Source: an uncultured Synergistaceae bacterium (GTDB taxonomy: Bacteria; Synergistota; Synergistia; Synergistales; Dethiosulfovibrionaceae). Taken from it: 64,000 nucleotides of DNA. Below the pieces are notes generated by a model that was given only the letters and a program-made list of their open reading frames with translations, had not been told where the DNA came from and ran no database searches. Below, one piece after another: positions 37,417-45,881 of this stretch; the stretch's first letter is position 1; every line of letters begins with the position of its first letter. The position numbers and the translations under genes are program-made. The DNA lies in contig CAYNAN010000005.1 in NCBI GenBank assembly GCA_964395085.1, positions 143-64,142 of the forward strand, written 5' to 3'.

Positions 37417-38388
37417 TCATATGGACATAGCCGTGCCGATCAGATAGAACGTGTAGCCTAGGTAACTGGCCAGCAAAGCTGTCCCTTCCATGCGATTGAT
37501 ACGACCGACCGAACCGAAGCCGTACCCCATTACGAACAGCGACAGGGTTAAAGATGCCATCACGACCACGTCCCTGCTAAGAACCTCTGGACCTATGGAC
37601 ATAGGATGGATGACCCCGGCTATACCCACAACCGCCAAGGTGTTAAAAAGGTTGGACCCAAGGACGTTTCCCAGTGCGATCTCGTGTCTCCCCTTACGGG
37701 CGGCGGCTATGGAAGACGCCAACTCCGGCAAGGACGTACCCACCGCCACTACGGTCAGGCCAATTATGAGGTCACTGACACCGAAAGACTTGGCTATCTC
37801 AACCGCTCCCCACACTAAAGCTCTAGAACTTGCTATCAACAATGCCAGTCCAAAGACCAACCGCAGCACGGACCTGCCGACAGGAAAAGTCTGGTCTTCG
37901 TCATCCTCATTCAACTCCGCAGCTAGAACATCGCTCTTGTTTCTTATCCCCTGAAGGACGCTCCACACCATAACAAGGGCAAAAACTAAAAGGAGGATCA
38001 AACCGTCAAGCCTGGATATCTCGCCGTCCCATAGCTGCCAGGCTGCTAGGCCGGTAACTATGGACAGCAGGGGAAGCTCTTTGCGCAGTATTGACGAGCT
38101 GACCACGATAGGACAGATCAGGGCGGTGATGCCGAGTATCAACGCTATGTTGGTGATGTTGGATCCATAGGCGTTGCCAAGAGCTATACCGGGATTTCCC
38201 TGAAAGGATGCCAGGGCGGATACCAACATCTCCGGCGCGGAGGTTCCAAATCCCACCACAACCATGCCTATCAGCAACGGAGGCATTCCGAGGTAACCGG
38301 CAGTGGAGGCGGCTCCGTCGACAAAGATATCGGCGCTCCATACCAGTATAACCAGACCTAAAAACAGTGCTACAAAGGCTAAAATCAT
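37417..38388 (-). CDS. Ca2+/Na+ antiporter (CaCA family, YrbG-like)
   Basis: The 323-aa ORF has two alpha-repeat signatures, GTSAPEM and GTSLPEL. Confidence 0.9.
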   Translation of the reverse strand: MILAFVALFLGLVILVWSADIFVDGAASTAGYLGMPPLLIGMVVVGFGTSAPEMLVSALASFQGNPGIALGNAYGSNITNIALILGITALICPIVVSSSILRKELPLLSIVTGLAAWQLWDGEISRLDGLILLLVFALVMVWSVLQGIRNKSDVLAAELNEDDEDQTFPVGRSVLRLVFGLALLIASSRALVWGAVEIAKSFGVSDLIIGLTVVAVGTSLPELASSIAAARKGRHEIALGNVLGSNLFNTLAVVGIAGVIHPMSIGPEVLSRDVVVMASLTLSLFVMGYGFGSVGRINRMEGTALLASYLGYTFYLIGTAMSI

Positions 38389-38401
38389 ACAGAGGTACTC
38401 C

Positions 38402-38975
38402 TTATATCCTACTGGCTACGTAAAATTCGTAGCTACAGTATCTGTGATATCTCTCGTAGAGGACTATCTCGGGGTACTCGGACTCCCAATAGGACTGAAT
38501 ATCCAACGGACTCTCGGAGGGAAGCCAGGTTATCTCCGACACCGCCGGCTTTCCTCATGGTTTGAGAAACCTTCGCCAATAGGACACTCCAGCCTCAAAT
38601 CCCATGTTGTAGACCGCTCCCTCGGACCAGATGACGTCGAACTCACCGTCGCTAAAGGGAAGGAAGTCCATCGAACACTCCAACGTAGATATGCGGTCCA
38701 AAATCGCCAAACGCTCTGCCCTAGACCTAAGCTCCTCAAGAAACTCGGGCAGAAAATCAACCGAGGAGATCTTAGCGTCCAGTTCTTAGGCCAACAGTAA
38801 CGAGGAAGCGCCGATACCAGAGCCTATATCGGCGATATTAAGGGAGCGAGAGCGGTCCACTCCCGCCAGCTCCATGGCCATTATTGTTTCTCTGTCTCAC
38901 CCTGGGCCCTGCCTCTCGGCGAAAAGGTGAAGATCGACCAACAACTGGTAGTCTGCCAACAAGATCAAAAATCTT
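38402..38975 (-). pseudogene. Class I SAM-dependent methyltransferase pseudogene (three in-frame nonsense codons, 3'-truncated)
   Basis: One minus-strand frame reads LLADYQLLVDLHLFAERQGPG*DRETIMAMELAGVDRSRSLNIADIGSGIGASSLLLA*ELDAKISSVDFLPEFLEEL...[39 protein letters not shown]...YPEI. SAM motif I (DIGSGIG) and the post-I and motif II/III regions are preserved. Stops occur at TGA, TAA and TGA, with no frameshift. Confidence 0.75.
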
Positions 38976-39124
38976 TCTTGAAAAATTTTTAATTTTTTAA
39001 AGACAAATAAAAAATAAACGAAGGTTATCCCGCTTGAATATACGACGAATACGAAACGGGGTCAACCCACAAACACAGTAGCCGCCTGGATCTGCGACGA
39101 TCCCGACGGCTACGAAAAGGCTTA

Positions 39125-39141
39125 TGGTGGAGGCGCGGACC
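39125..39141 (-). other. Candidate prophage att core: orphan tRNA-Ala/tmRNA-like 3' end (GGTCCGCGCCTCCACCA)
   Basis: The minus strand reads ...GGTCCGCGCCTCCACCA. The ending TCCA-CCA corresponds to U70-C71-C72-A73-CCA, the alanine acceptor identity. No T-loop or 5' half lies upstream. Downstream is the hairpin GTAGCCG-N22-CGGCTAC followed by a T-rich run, like a native tRNA/tmRNA terminator. Confidence 0.4.
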
Positions 39142-39260
39142 ACAGAATAAGCTCTAACTGCAAGGATTTGCAGATTTTAGAGACACTATGGAGACAAAAA
39201 CATACTCTAGAGCCCAAAAACAAGCCCATCCAAAAATTAAACAATGCAAGATCTAAGGCG

Positions 39261-39572
39261 TTATTTTGCTTTCCTCTCCAGCCATTTTAGCAGAAGCTCC
39301 TGGCCGTAGTCCAGTATCTGTCCTGCCGAGTATCCTGCCATAGCCACAACGGCGGAAGTCAACCAGGCATTGAGCCCGATCCCGCGGCAGAAACATTGGA
39401 CGACCACCCCGGCGAATCCAGCCGTTATCATTCCACCGACAAACTCCCCCCACGAAAACGGTTCGGATCGATGGAGCCTCACATACCTGACGAAAGATCC
39501 AACCATGGCCATAACAGCTGCCGGTAAAATAATCCCAATCAGTGTTTTTAGAGATTCAAGATAGTCGTCCAT
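39261..39572 (-). CDS. Putative holin (3 TM)
   Basis: The 103-aa ORF has three hydrophobic helices and a charged C-terminus (KWLERKAK). It lies 14 nt downstream of the endolysin gene and is the last phage gene. Confidence 0.6.
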   Translation of the reverse strand: MDDYLESLKTLIGIILPAAVMAMVGSFVRYVRLHRSEPFSWGEFVGGMITAGFAGVVVQCFCRGIGLNAWLTSAVVAMAGYSAGQILDYGQELLLKWLERKAK

Positions 39573-39586
39573 GGCCCCTCCTTACG

Positions 39587-40135
39587 TCACTTTATCTCGT
39601 CTATCAATTCGGCCACCCTTCGACGAATCCATCCCCATAAAAACTCCCTCTGACGTGCGTCTCTCTCAACTATCTTTACGTAAAGACGAGCTCGCATCGC
39701 TAAAACTGCCAGGGCCAGAGCTTCAGGAGAGTTCCCATTAAGAGCCCCTTTTAAGGCTTCCACTGTTTTCTGACCTATGACTCCATCGATGCGAAGATCA
39801 GCGGCAATCACAAAATTTAGAGTCCGCTGCAATAGCTGCCCTGCGCCACCTACTCCGTGGTTTACGGCACAATCAAAGAGTATCAAGTCCAAAGGTTCTG
39901 GGAGGCCAGGGGCTCCTATAGGTTCCCAGTACATCGCTTGGTAGATATCCCTTGCCTCCTCAACAGTCAAACGACGGATCTCGTTATGTCCCACTACTCC
40001 CCTCTCGAAGGCTTGCCGAAGCGTTGCAGCGGTAACACCATATATCGTCAAGCCACCTGTGTCGTATCGGTGATTTGAATATCCACCCTCGAACCCCATA
40101 ACCACCTTAAGGCAGATCTCAAAACGGGAACTCAT
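39587..40135 (-). CDS. Endolysin, GH108 N-acetylmuramidase with a PG_binding_3-like C-terminal domain
   Basis: The 182-aa ORF has the GH108 signature VMGFEGGYSNHRYDTGGLTIYGVT. Confidence 0.85.
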   Translation of the reverse strand: MSSRFEICLKVVMGFEGGYSNHRYDTGGLTIYGVTAATLRQAFERGVVGHNEIRRLTVEEARDIYQAMYWEPIGAPGLPEPLDLILFDCAVNHGVGGAGQLLQRTLNFVIAADLRIDGVIGQKTVEALKGALNGNSPEALALAVLAMRARLYVKIVERDARQREFLWGWIRRRVAELIDEIK

Positions 40136-40569
40136 CGAACGCCCCTGCCTCTACCGACATAATCTAAGAGATCCTTTCCCTGTCGAATCCATCCCAGTAT
40201 TCGAGGGACACCCCAATCATGTCCAAGCCTGGCATTGAGGTTTCGAACGGCAAAATCGATCGCTAGGTTGATGATGAAGCCATCGAAGGGCTCAAGATAT
40301 GCAGGAAGAATAATTAGAGCATCCAACGCATCCGCAAGGGCTTTCCGCTTTTCCTTCCCCTGGATCTCTCCCTGCGCAACAGCAATATCCTTCGCTGTTG
40401 CCTCCATCACCAAAACACACCGCCGAACAAAATCGTACAACTTCCCAAAGTTAGCCCTTATTTTGGGGACAGAGTTCCACTCCCTTAGCTCATCCATACC
40501 TCCTTTGATAAACTTGGCATCGGAAGCCAAGGTCATAAAGCGCTCTCTTAAGACCCTAAGTTTCTCCAT
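40132..40569 (-). CDS. Hypothetical phage protein
   Basis: I place the start at the ATG at 40569, which has GAGGAGG 8 nt upstream (the track start at 40611 lacks an RBS). The 145-aa product is helical and has no TM segment. It overlaps the endolysin start by 4 nt. Confidence 0.6.
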   Translation of the reverse strand: MEKLRVLRERFMTLASDAKFIKGGMDELREWNSVPKIRANFGKLYDFVRRCVLVMEATAKDIAVAQGEIQGKEKRKALADALDALIILPAYLEPFDGFIINLAIDFAVRNLNARLGHDWGVPRILGWIRQGKDLLDYVGRGRGVR

Positions 40570-40623
40570 CTGAAAGTCCTCCTCTTCAAAAAAAAGAAGA
40601 GACCTCAACAAAGAGGGCTCTTC

Positions 40624-41619
40624 TCACGTTTTTTCCTTACAATTAAGTTGAGTTGTATATCCTTGGCTACTCAGAGAGTGACGGGCCGTTTCTATTGTCC
40701 ATATACCCTCAGTCCCGCTACGAAAGCCAGACAAAGAGACCAATCCTTCCGCCTTAAGCCTGGGATCCCCATACATCGACAGAGAGAGCTGAGCACCTTC
40801 CCTTTTCCCTGCTTTCCGTTCTCCTTCCGCATACTGCCTCGCTGTTGCCTCATCGGGAAATATATGCATCAATCTCCTAACAGGCTCCCCTGCTCCTATG
40901 CGTACCTCGATATCCTCCCCTGTGTTCACATCCCTATATACAGCAACAACCGATGACAACACCTCCCGTTTTTTGATGTTTACCTGCCACCGGGTTACCT
41001 GATTAGGCCGTATGGTCGTTATGGGTAGAGATTGCCCACTAACACTACAGCCTATCCCCTTGGGAACTATAACCAGGCGCCCCTCAACAGGCTTCGCCGT
41101 AGCATCATATCTATAGGCAATACGAGTCAAGAACGCTATGTCTGATTCATTGACCTGCTCACAGTGAGCTACAACCATACCGGCCAATTTTTCCGATACG
41201 GCCCCTTTAAGCCCATGCTCCGAGGCAATGGTATCCACCATAGCCTTCAGGGCCATGTCCTCCCAACTGCGAGTCTTTTGAGTTTGTAACTGAGATAAAC
41301 CACCGTGGCTAGCTTCAAAAGATGCAGCCTTAGCCTTCAATTTGATCAGCGGAGGAGGACCAGATAAACTAATCTCATCGACGACGAACAAACCCATACG
41401 CACATTGTCCAAGGTACAGACAAGCTCGGTCCCCATGGGGGGTAATTTAACGCCAGGCGAATGGTCCGAGATAGCTACATCCAAAGTATCCGACTCCATT
41501 CCTGCGCTGTCGGATATCGTCAGTGAGGCTAACCGGTCTCTTATCGCCTCCGTGATATCCACATCGTTGGCCAGCAAAGTCCACTCTATATCCCAAGGGC
41601 GACCTCCAGCTAATCCCAT
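40624..41619 (-). CDS. Phage late control gene D protein (gpD / VgrG-Pvc8-like baseplate hub)
   Basis: The 331-aa ORF has gpD-like sequence and follows gpU and gpX in the P2 order. Confidence 0.85.
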   Translation of the reverse strand: MGLAGGRPWDIEWTLLANDVDITEAIRDRLASLTISDSAGMESDTLDVAISDHSPGVKLPPMGTELVCTLDNVRMGLFVVDEISLSGPPPLIKLKAKAASFEASHGGLSQLQTQKTRSWEDMALKAMVDTIASEHGLKGAVSEKLAGMVVAHCEQVNESDIAFLTRIAYRYDATAKPVEGRLVIVPKGIGCSVSGQSLPITTIRPNQVTRWQVNIKKREVLSSVVAVYRDVNTGEDIEVRIGAGEPVRRLMHIFPDEATARQYAEGERKAGKREGAQLSLSMYGDPRLKAEGLVSLSGFRSGTEGIWTIETARHSLSSQGYTTQLNCKEKT

Positions 41620-41825
41620 AAAGAGACCTCTCCTTTTGCCTCATAAGGAAGAGAAGGCAACAATATTTTTATCCCCCTAGGCAGCAAAGGCCCAACTTCG
41701 GCCAACCCTGGATTAGCCTCTAGGACGAGCTCTACGGCTCTGGGACGCTGGCCGTAATGTCTCCAACATATCCAGTCAAGAACATCTCCGGCCCTTGTGT
41801 TGTACAACATTATGTCCTTCGCCAT
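41610..41825 (-). CDS. Phage tail protein X (gpX, LysM-like)
   Basis: The 71-aa ORF contains GDVLDWICWRHYG...VLEANPGLA, which is typical of P2 gpX. Confidence 0.85.
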   Translation of the reverse strand: MAKDIMLYNTRAGDVLDWICWRHYGQRPRAVELVLEANPGLAEVGPLLPRGIKILLPSLPYEAKGEVSLWD

Positions 41826-41827
41826 GG

Positions 41828-42226
41828 CTACCTCCCATCATCGACATACACTAAATCCAGGCTAAAATCTATGCGTCTAGGGATTCCTCCCGGCAGAAAG
41901 ATACTCGACTTCTCCTCCACCCGCTGAATGGCCCAACGACCATAGATGTACCCTAAAGAATCTATCAAAAGCAAAGGATCCCCTGTCTCGGCTATTTTTC
42001 TCATAGACTCCACCTGAGAGGCCCCTCCCTTAAACTGTGGATATATCACACCCGGGAGATGCATCGTCTCCTCTCCAGGGCCAACATATTGATACCCTGG
42101 TCTCCTATCGATCAGGTCCTGCTTGCTCCAGCGATGGGTAACTATCCTAGACATCTCTTGATACGCTGCGGCATTTACGCTGAAGCTATACGGCCCCAAT
42201 TTGAGCATGACCCTAGACCCCGCCAC
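41828..42226 (-). CDS. Phage tail protein U (gpU, tail terminator)
   Basis: The 132-aa ORF has a P2 gpU-like sequence and position. Confidence 0.8.
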   Translation of the reverse strand: MAGSRVMLKLGPYSFSVNAAAYQEMSRIVTHRWSKQDLIDRRPGYQYVGPGEETMHLPGVIYPQFKGGASQVESMRKIAETGDPLLLIDSLGYIYGRWAIQRVEEKSSIFLPGGIPRRIDFSLDLVYVDDGR

Positions 42227-44963
42227 GATCGTACAGCACCCCCCCTCCGTGCTCTATCTCTTTTAACTGCCGAATTACCTCTGCCGCAATTTCCTCTGGA
42301 TCCTGACCAGGAGAGGCCTGTATCGATATACTATTTTGCTGATGGACCTGAGTGCTGTTTGTAGTATTACTTACTATCTGCTCCGCCCTAGATATAGTTT
42401 TTTGGGCCTCCATCTCTGAACCCTTTTCAGACATGTCCAGTCCCATACCGGTAAGGTCTATGCCAGCCATAGCGACTCCCAATGTATCCTGAGCATAGGC
42501 CTTGGCCTCTGCCTCTCGTCCCTCTCTACGTTCTTTTTCTTCTGGCGTTTCTGGCTCATCACCTCCAATACCCAACACTGAAAGCACCTTACCAACAGCG
42601 CCACGGACCCAATCAAGCTTCCCTTTTATCCAATCCATGGCTCCACCAAAAGCCTCCTTTATCTTTGCGCCTATGCCACTAAAGATCCCTATGAGCCCAG
42701 ACCAAAGACCTTTTATTCCCTCTATCGCCGCAGATCCATCAGGCAGACTGTCCCAAAGATCGGACCAGGTAGCTTTGACACCACCCCAGAGATCTCCGAA
42801 CCAACCAGACAGCCCTGACCAGAGCCCCTTCATTCCCTCCATAACAGCAGCCCCATCGGGCAAGCTATCCCACAGACCGGACCAGGTCTCCTGCACCCCA
42901 CTCCAAAGAGCCCCGAACCAGCCTAATACCCCTGACCAGAGCCCCTTCATTCCTTCCATAACAGCAGCCCCGTCGGGCAGGCTATCCCACAGACCGGACC
43001 AGGTCTCCTGAACCCCACTCCAAAGAGCCCCGAACCAGCCTAACACCCCTGACCAGAGCCCCTTTATTCCATCCACAACAGCAGCCCCATCGGGCAAGCT
43101 ATCCCACAGACCGGACCAGGTCTCCTGCAATCCACTCCAAAGAGCCCCGAACCAAGTGGAGATCCCAGACCATGCCTCTTTGAATCCTGTGGATACGCTA
43201 GACCAGATATCCTTGAACAATGCTACGATCGGCGCACAAATATCCACTATGGCATTCCATGCTCGTTTCGTCGCATCGACGACAGCGTCCCAGTTTTTCC
43301 ATAGCGCATATACGGCTACCGCCGCGGCAGCCACAGCCCAAGTGATTGGATTGGCCAGCAGAGGAGCTATGGCTCCTTTTACAGCTAAACCGATGGATAC
43401 AACCCCTGCTTTTAGGGCAGGAAGCATAGTCAAAGCAGAGGAAAAGATGTTTCTTAGTGCCGCTCCTCCAGAGGCAGCTCCTGCCTTAAAAGCAGAGAAT
43501 ACCGCCATAATCCCACTACTGTTAGCTATAAAATCCTTTGTCGCCTTTCCTAAACTCCAGAGATCTTTGGTTATTCCAAAAAGCTTAACGGAGGACTTGA
43601 TCCCCACAAGCCAAAGTAACTTCTTGCCTACTCCCTCTACGCCTCCGGAGGCGGCAACAAGGGCCGAGACCGTCTTCGTAGCAGCTAAAAAAATAGAGGT
43701 GATTCCTCGGGCAAAGTCAGCTACAGCAGGGATAGCGGCCTTGACCTTGCCTGCGAACTCCCCAGCCCACTCAGAGACAACCTCTCTGTTTTCCGCAATC
43801 CACGAAGTAATTTCTTTGAAGGCATCTGTTACCACAGGGAGCAGGGCAGATCCAACGGTGTTTTTTACGCCTCCGAAAGATAACTGCATATCAAGCATGG
43901 CGTCTTGATATGACTCAGCATTTCTAGAAGCATCGTCGCTTAAGACGTACCCTGTCGCCCTAGCGTCTTTTCTAAGCTGCGCTAGCCCTTCTGACCCATC
44001 TTTCAGCATATTAACCATTGCAACGCCCTCTGTATCAAACAGCTTCATTGCAAGCCTTACTCTGTCAGATGGGTCTTTTACCCTCTGCATAGCTATGGCA
44101 ATATCTTCTAAGGCTCTCTCTGGCCCTATCGCTTTCAGGTAACCAGCAGATAGCCCTAATTCTCTAAGAGCCCCAACAGCTTCCCCTGATCCATTAGCTG
44201 CTTCTGCAACCCGTCGAACCATCCGCTGTAGGGATGTGTCAAAAGTTGCAGCGCTAACTCCGCTACGTTCGGCAGCATAGCGATATTCCTGCAAAGCCGA
44301 CATGCCAATTCCTAATTTACTCGCTGTTTTCGCAACGGCATCACCATGAGCAGCGACAGAGGAGGTTAAAGCAACAATTCCACCTGTGGCAGAGCCTACT
44401 ATCGCCATCGCAGCCGTTCCAACAGCCAGAAGCCCCGAGAGTGTCTCCTTTACAGACTTTACAACTGCCCCGCCATGAGAACGAACCCTGTTAAGAGCAT
44501 CCTGGCGACGTTCTTGCCGCTCTATTTCTGCCGTAAGACGAGCCTTTTCTCGTCTCAGGTTACCGAGATCTACTCCCGATCTTTTTAGCTCGGCTTGCAA
44601 ATCCCTCAGCCTTTTTAAGTTACCCTGGTATGCCTTGCTGGCCTTCTGAGCGACTGCTTCAGCTTTCGCAAGCTCTTTCCTCATTTTTGCCGTTGGCTCG
44701 GGGCATTCCGAGATCTTCTTTTTTAGTTCGTCAAGAGATCGTTGCGATGCCTTCATATGGGCCTTAGACTTGCGTAATTCACTAAAATCGAGTGATGCTA
44801 TAGCCTTTTTCTGAGATTCCAGGGCTCGTATGTTCTTTAAGGCTCCACTCTCTAGTTTGCCAAATATTCCTGAGACCGCACCTGATGCGCTAGGCAAAGA
44901 GCCACTTACAGCCCCACCAAATTGGACTGTTGCTTTGTATATCTTAGAAGCTGACCCTGCCAC
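42213..44963 (-). CDS. Tail tape measure protein
   Basis: The 916-aa ORF has a GTG start, a coiled-coil N-terminus, hydrophobic central segments and W/G-rich tandem repeats. It is located after the E/E' chaperone genes. Confidence 0.9.
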   Translation of the reverse strand: MAGSASKIYKATVQFGGAVSGSLPSASGAVSGIFGKLESGALKNIRALESQKKAIASLDFSELRKSKAHMKASQRSLDELKKKISECPEPTAKMRKELAKAEAVAQKASKAYQGNLKRLRDLQAELKRSGVDLGNLRREKARLTAEIERQERRQDALNRVRSHGGAVVKSVKETLSGLLAVGTAAMAIVGSATGGIVALTSSVAAHGDAVAKTASKLGIGMSALQEYRYAAERSGVSAATFDTSLQRMVRRVAEAANGSGEAVGALRELGLSAGYLKAIGPERALEDIAIAMQRVKDPSDRVRLAMKLFDTEGVAMVNMLKDGSEGLAQLRKDARATGYVLSDDASRNAESYQDAMLDMQLSFGGVKNTVGSALLPVVTDAFKEITSWIAENREVVSEWAGEFAGKVKAAIPAVADFARGITSIFLAATKTVSALVAASGGVEGVGKKLLWLVGIKSSVKLFGITKDLWSLGKATKDFIANSSGIMAVFSAFKAGAASGGAALRNIFSSALTMLPALKAGVVSIGLAVKGAIAPLLANPITWAVAAAAVAVYALWKNWDAVVDATKRAWNAIVDICAPIVALFKDIWSSVSTGFKEAWSGISTWFGALWSGLQETWSGLWDSLPDGAAVVDGIKGLWSGVLGWFGALWSGVQETWSGLWDSLPDGAAVMEGMKGLWSGVLGWFGALWSGVQETWSGLWDSLPDGAAVMEGMKGLWSGLSGWFGDLWGGVKATWSDLWDSLPDGSAAIEGIKGLWSGLIGIFSGIGAKIKEAFGGAMDWIKGKLDWVRGAVGKVLSVLGIGGDEPETPEEKERREGREAEAKAYAQDTLGVAMAGIDLTGMGLDMSEKGSEMEAQKTISRAEQIVSNTTNSTQVHQQNSISIQASPGQDPEEIAAEVIRQLKEIEHGGGVLYDRGGV
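42684..43151 (-). repeat. Four tandem 117-bp (39-aa) repeats inside the tape measure gene
   Basis: The unit is FGALWSG(V/L)QETWSGLWDSLPDGAAV(M/V)(E/D)G(M/I)KGLWSGVLGW. The same string CCTGACCAGAGCCCCTT recurs at 42814, 42931 and 43048, a period of 117. The two middle copies are near-identical and the outer copies are diverged. Confidence 0.9.
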
Positions 44964-45354
44964 TATTCTCTACCCCCTTTCGGGAGCTCCGACAACCACT
45001 CAACGAGCTCCGACTGAGGAAGCTCCATTAGATCTTGGAGCCCCCAGCCGGTGTAATGGGCTAGCGCTAAACAGGCCCTTCTGAGTAATCGTCCGTCGAG
45101 GAGAAAAAACCTCTAAAAGCTCCCTGAAGGTTTACTACGTCGGACATATCAAGGTTTTCAAGGTCTTTAGGCGCCATGTCGCAGAGCCTAGCAAACATCG
45201 CTATGTCCGACTCTAAGGATCCTCTCCTCTCTCCAGGGAACTGCTTTTCGTGTATCAGGGAATCCTTCACCCTCGGCCTACGCATGGTTAGCTCAGAGAC
45301 CACCTGCCCGTTGATCTCGACAGGAAACTGCAAGGATACCGTTACATCTCGCAT
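44963..45354 (-). CDS. Tail assembly chaperone frameshift product (gpE+E'-like, -1 PRF), ~131 aa
   Basis: After a -1 slip at T_TTT_TTC the reading frame stays open for 47 codons: LLDGRLLRRACLALAHYTGWGLQDLMELPQSELVEWLSELPKGGRE. It ends at a TAG that overlaps the tape measure GTG (TAGTG). Confidence 0.7.
45067..45354 (-). CDS. Tail assembly chaperone (gpE-like)
   Basis: The 95-aa ORF lies between the tube and tape measure genes, as P2 gene E does. Confidence 0.8.
   Translation of the reverse strand: MRDVTVSLQFPVEINGQVVSELTMRRPRVKDSLIHEKQFPGERRGSLESDIAMFARLCDMAPKDLENLDMSDVVNLQGAFRGFFSSTDDYSEGPV
45103..45109 (-). promoter_or_regulatory. -1 programmed ribosomal frameshift slippery heptamer T_TTT_TTC
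   Basis: The minus strand reads GGT TTT TTC in the zero frame, 11 codons before the gpE stop. The plus strand reads GAAAAAA at 45103-45109. Confidence 0.7.
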
Positions 45355-45368
45355 CGTTTATTCCTCCT

Positions 45369-45881
45369 TTATATGCCTATAGCCGCCCTAATTGCCTCGA
45401 GACGGTCCTGCCCGTTGATCCTGCGAATCATGTTCTCTACGTCTATGTAGAGAAGCTCGTTACCGTCGATCGTTAGGCTGTAGAATTTCAAAGACATAGC
45501 AACCTTTATCGATGGCTTCTCCCCTGCCTTCATCCCCCCAGGCTCTATCGATTTGACCAGTCCAGTGCCTTTATGCTCCTCGGCTTTTACCGATCCTGCA
45601 TTATCCTCGATCGCTCCCCTTATGGAGACGCTTACCTCGCTGCCGGGAGCCAGTCCGAAAAGACCGATAAGGGACTGGTCCATACTCGGAATGGAGAAGT
45701 CCATCTCCAGCTTTTCCATCCCCATATCGACCTCGATCGGAGCATCCATTCCTCCGGCCCTAAACTCCTCCATTTTGACAGCCAGCTTGGGAGGGTTAAT
45801 CTCCTCGACCTTCCCTGCGAAACCGATACCGTCCACAAAGAGGTTCATGTTTTTTCTGATCTCGGTAATCACTGTCGTCAC
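45369..45881 (-). CDS. Major tail tube protein (FII-like)
   Basis: The 170-aa ORF contains NLFVDGIGFAGKVEEINPPKLAVKMEEFRAGGMDAPIEVDMGMEKLEMDFSI, which matches the P2 FII family pattern. Confidence 0.9.
   Translation of the reverse strand: MTTVITEIRKNMNLFVDGIGFAGKVEEINPPKLAVKMEEFRAGGMDAPIEVDMGMEKLEMDFSIPSMDQSLIGLFGLAPGSEVSVSIRGAIEDNAGSVKAEEHKGTGLVKSIEPGGMKAGEKPSIKVAMSLKFYSLTIDGNELLYIDVENMIRRINGQDRLEAIRAAIGI

Noticed and set aside
38303-38800. A 165-aa plus-strand ORF and the 76-aa minus-strand ORF at 38530-38760.
   Set aside because: Both lie over the methyltransferase pseudogene in the wrong strand or frame. The homologous frame is the one with three in-frame stops.
38402-38975. Stop-codon reassignment or readthrough as an explanation for the in-frame stops.
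   Set aside because: Both TGA and TAA are involved, and the surrounding genes terminate normally at TGA, TAA and TAG. The gene also appears 3'-truncated. A pseudogene is the simpler explanation.
39061-39260. A full tRNA or tmRNA gene at the prophage junction.
   Set aside because: Only the acceptor 3' strand plus CCA is present. No T-loop (TTCRA), D arm or 5' acceptor strand is found upstream, so it is treated as a fragment.
42684-43151. Regularly spaced repeats that might suggest a CRISPR array.
   Set aside because: The repeats are contiguous 117-bp units with no unique spacers. They are in frame inside the tape measure ORF and translate to a 39-aa protein repeat.
43156-43908. A 250-aa plus-strand ORF, and the 169-aa ORF at 42502-43011.
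   Set aside because: Both are antisense to the tape measure gene. The repeated peptide in the 169-aa ORF simply mirrors the 117-bp repeats.
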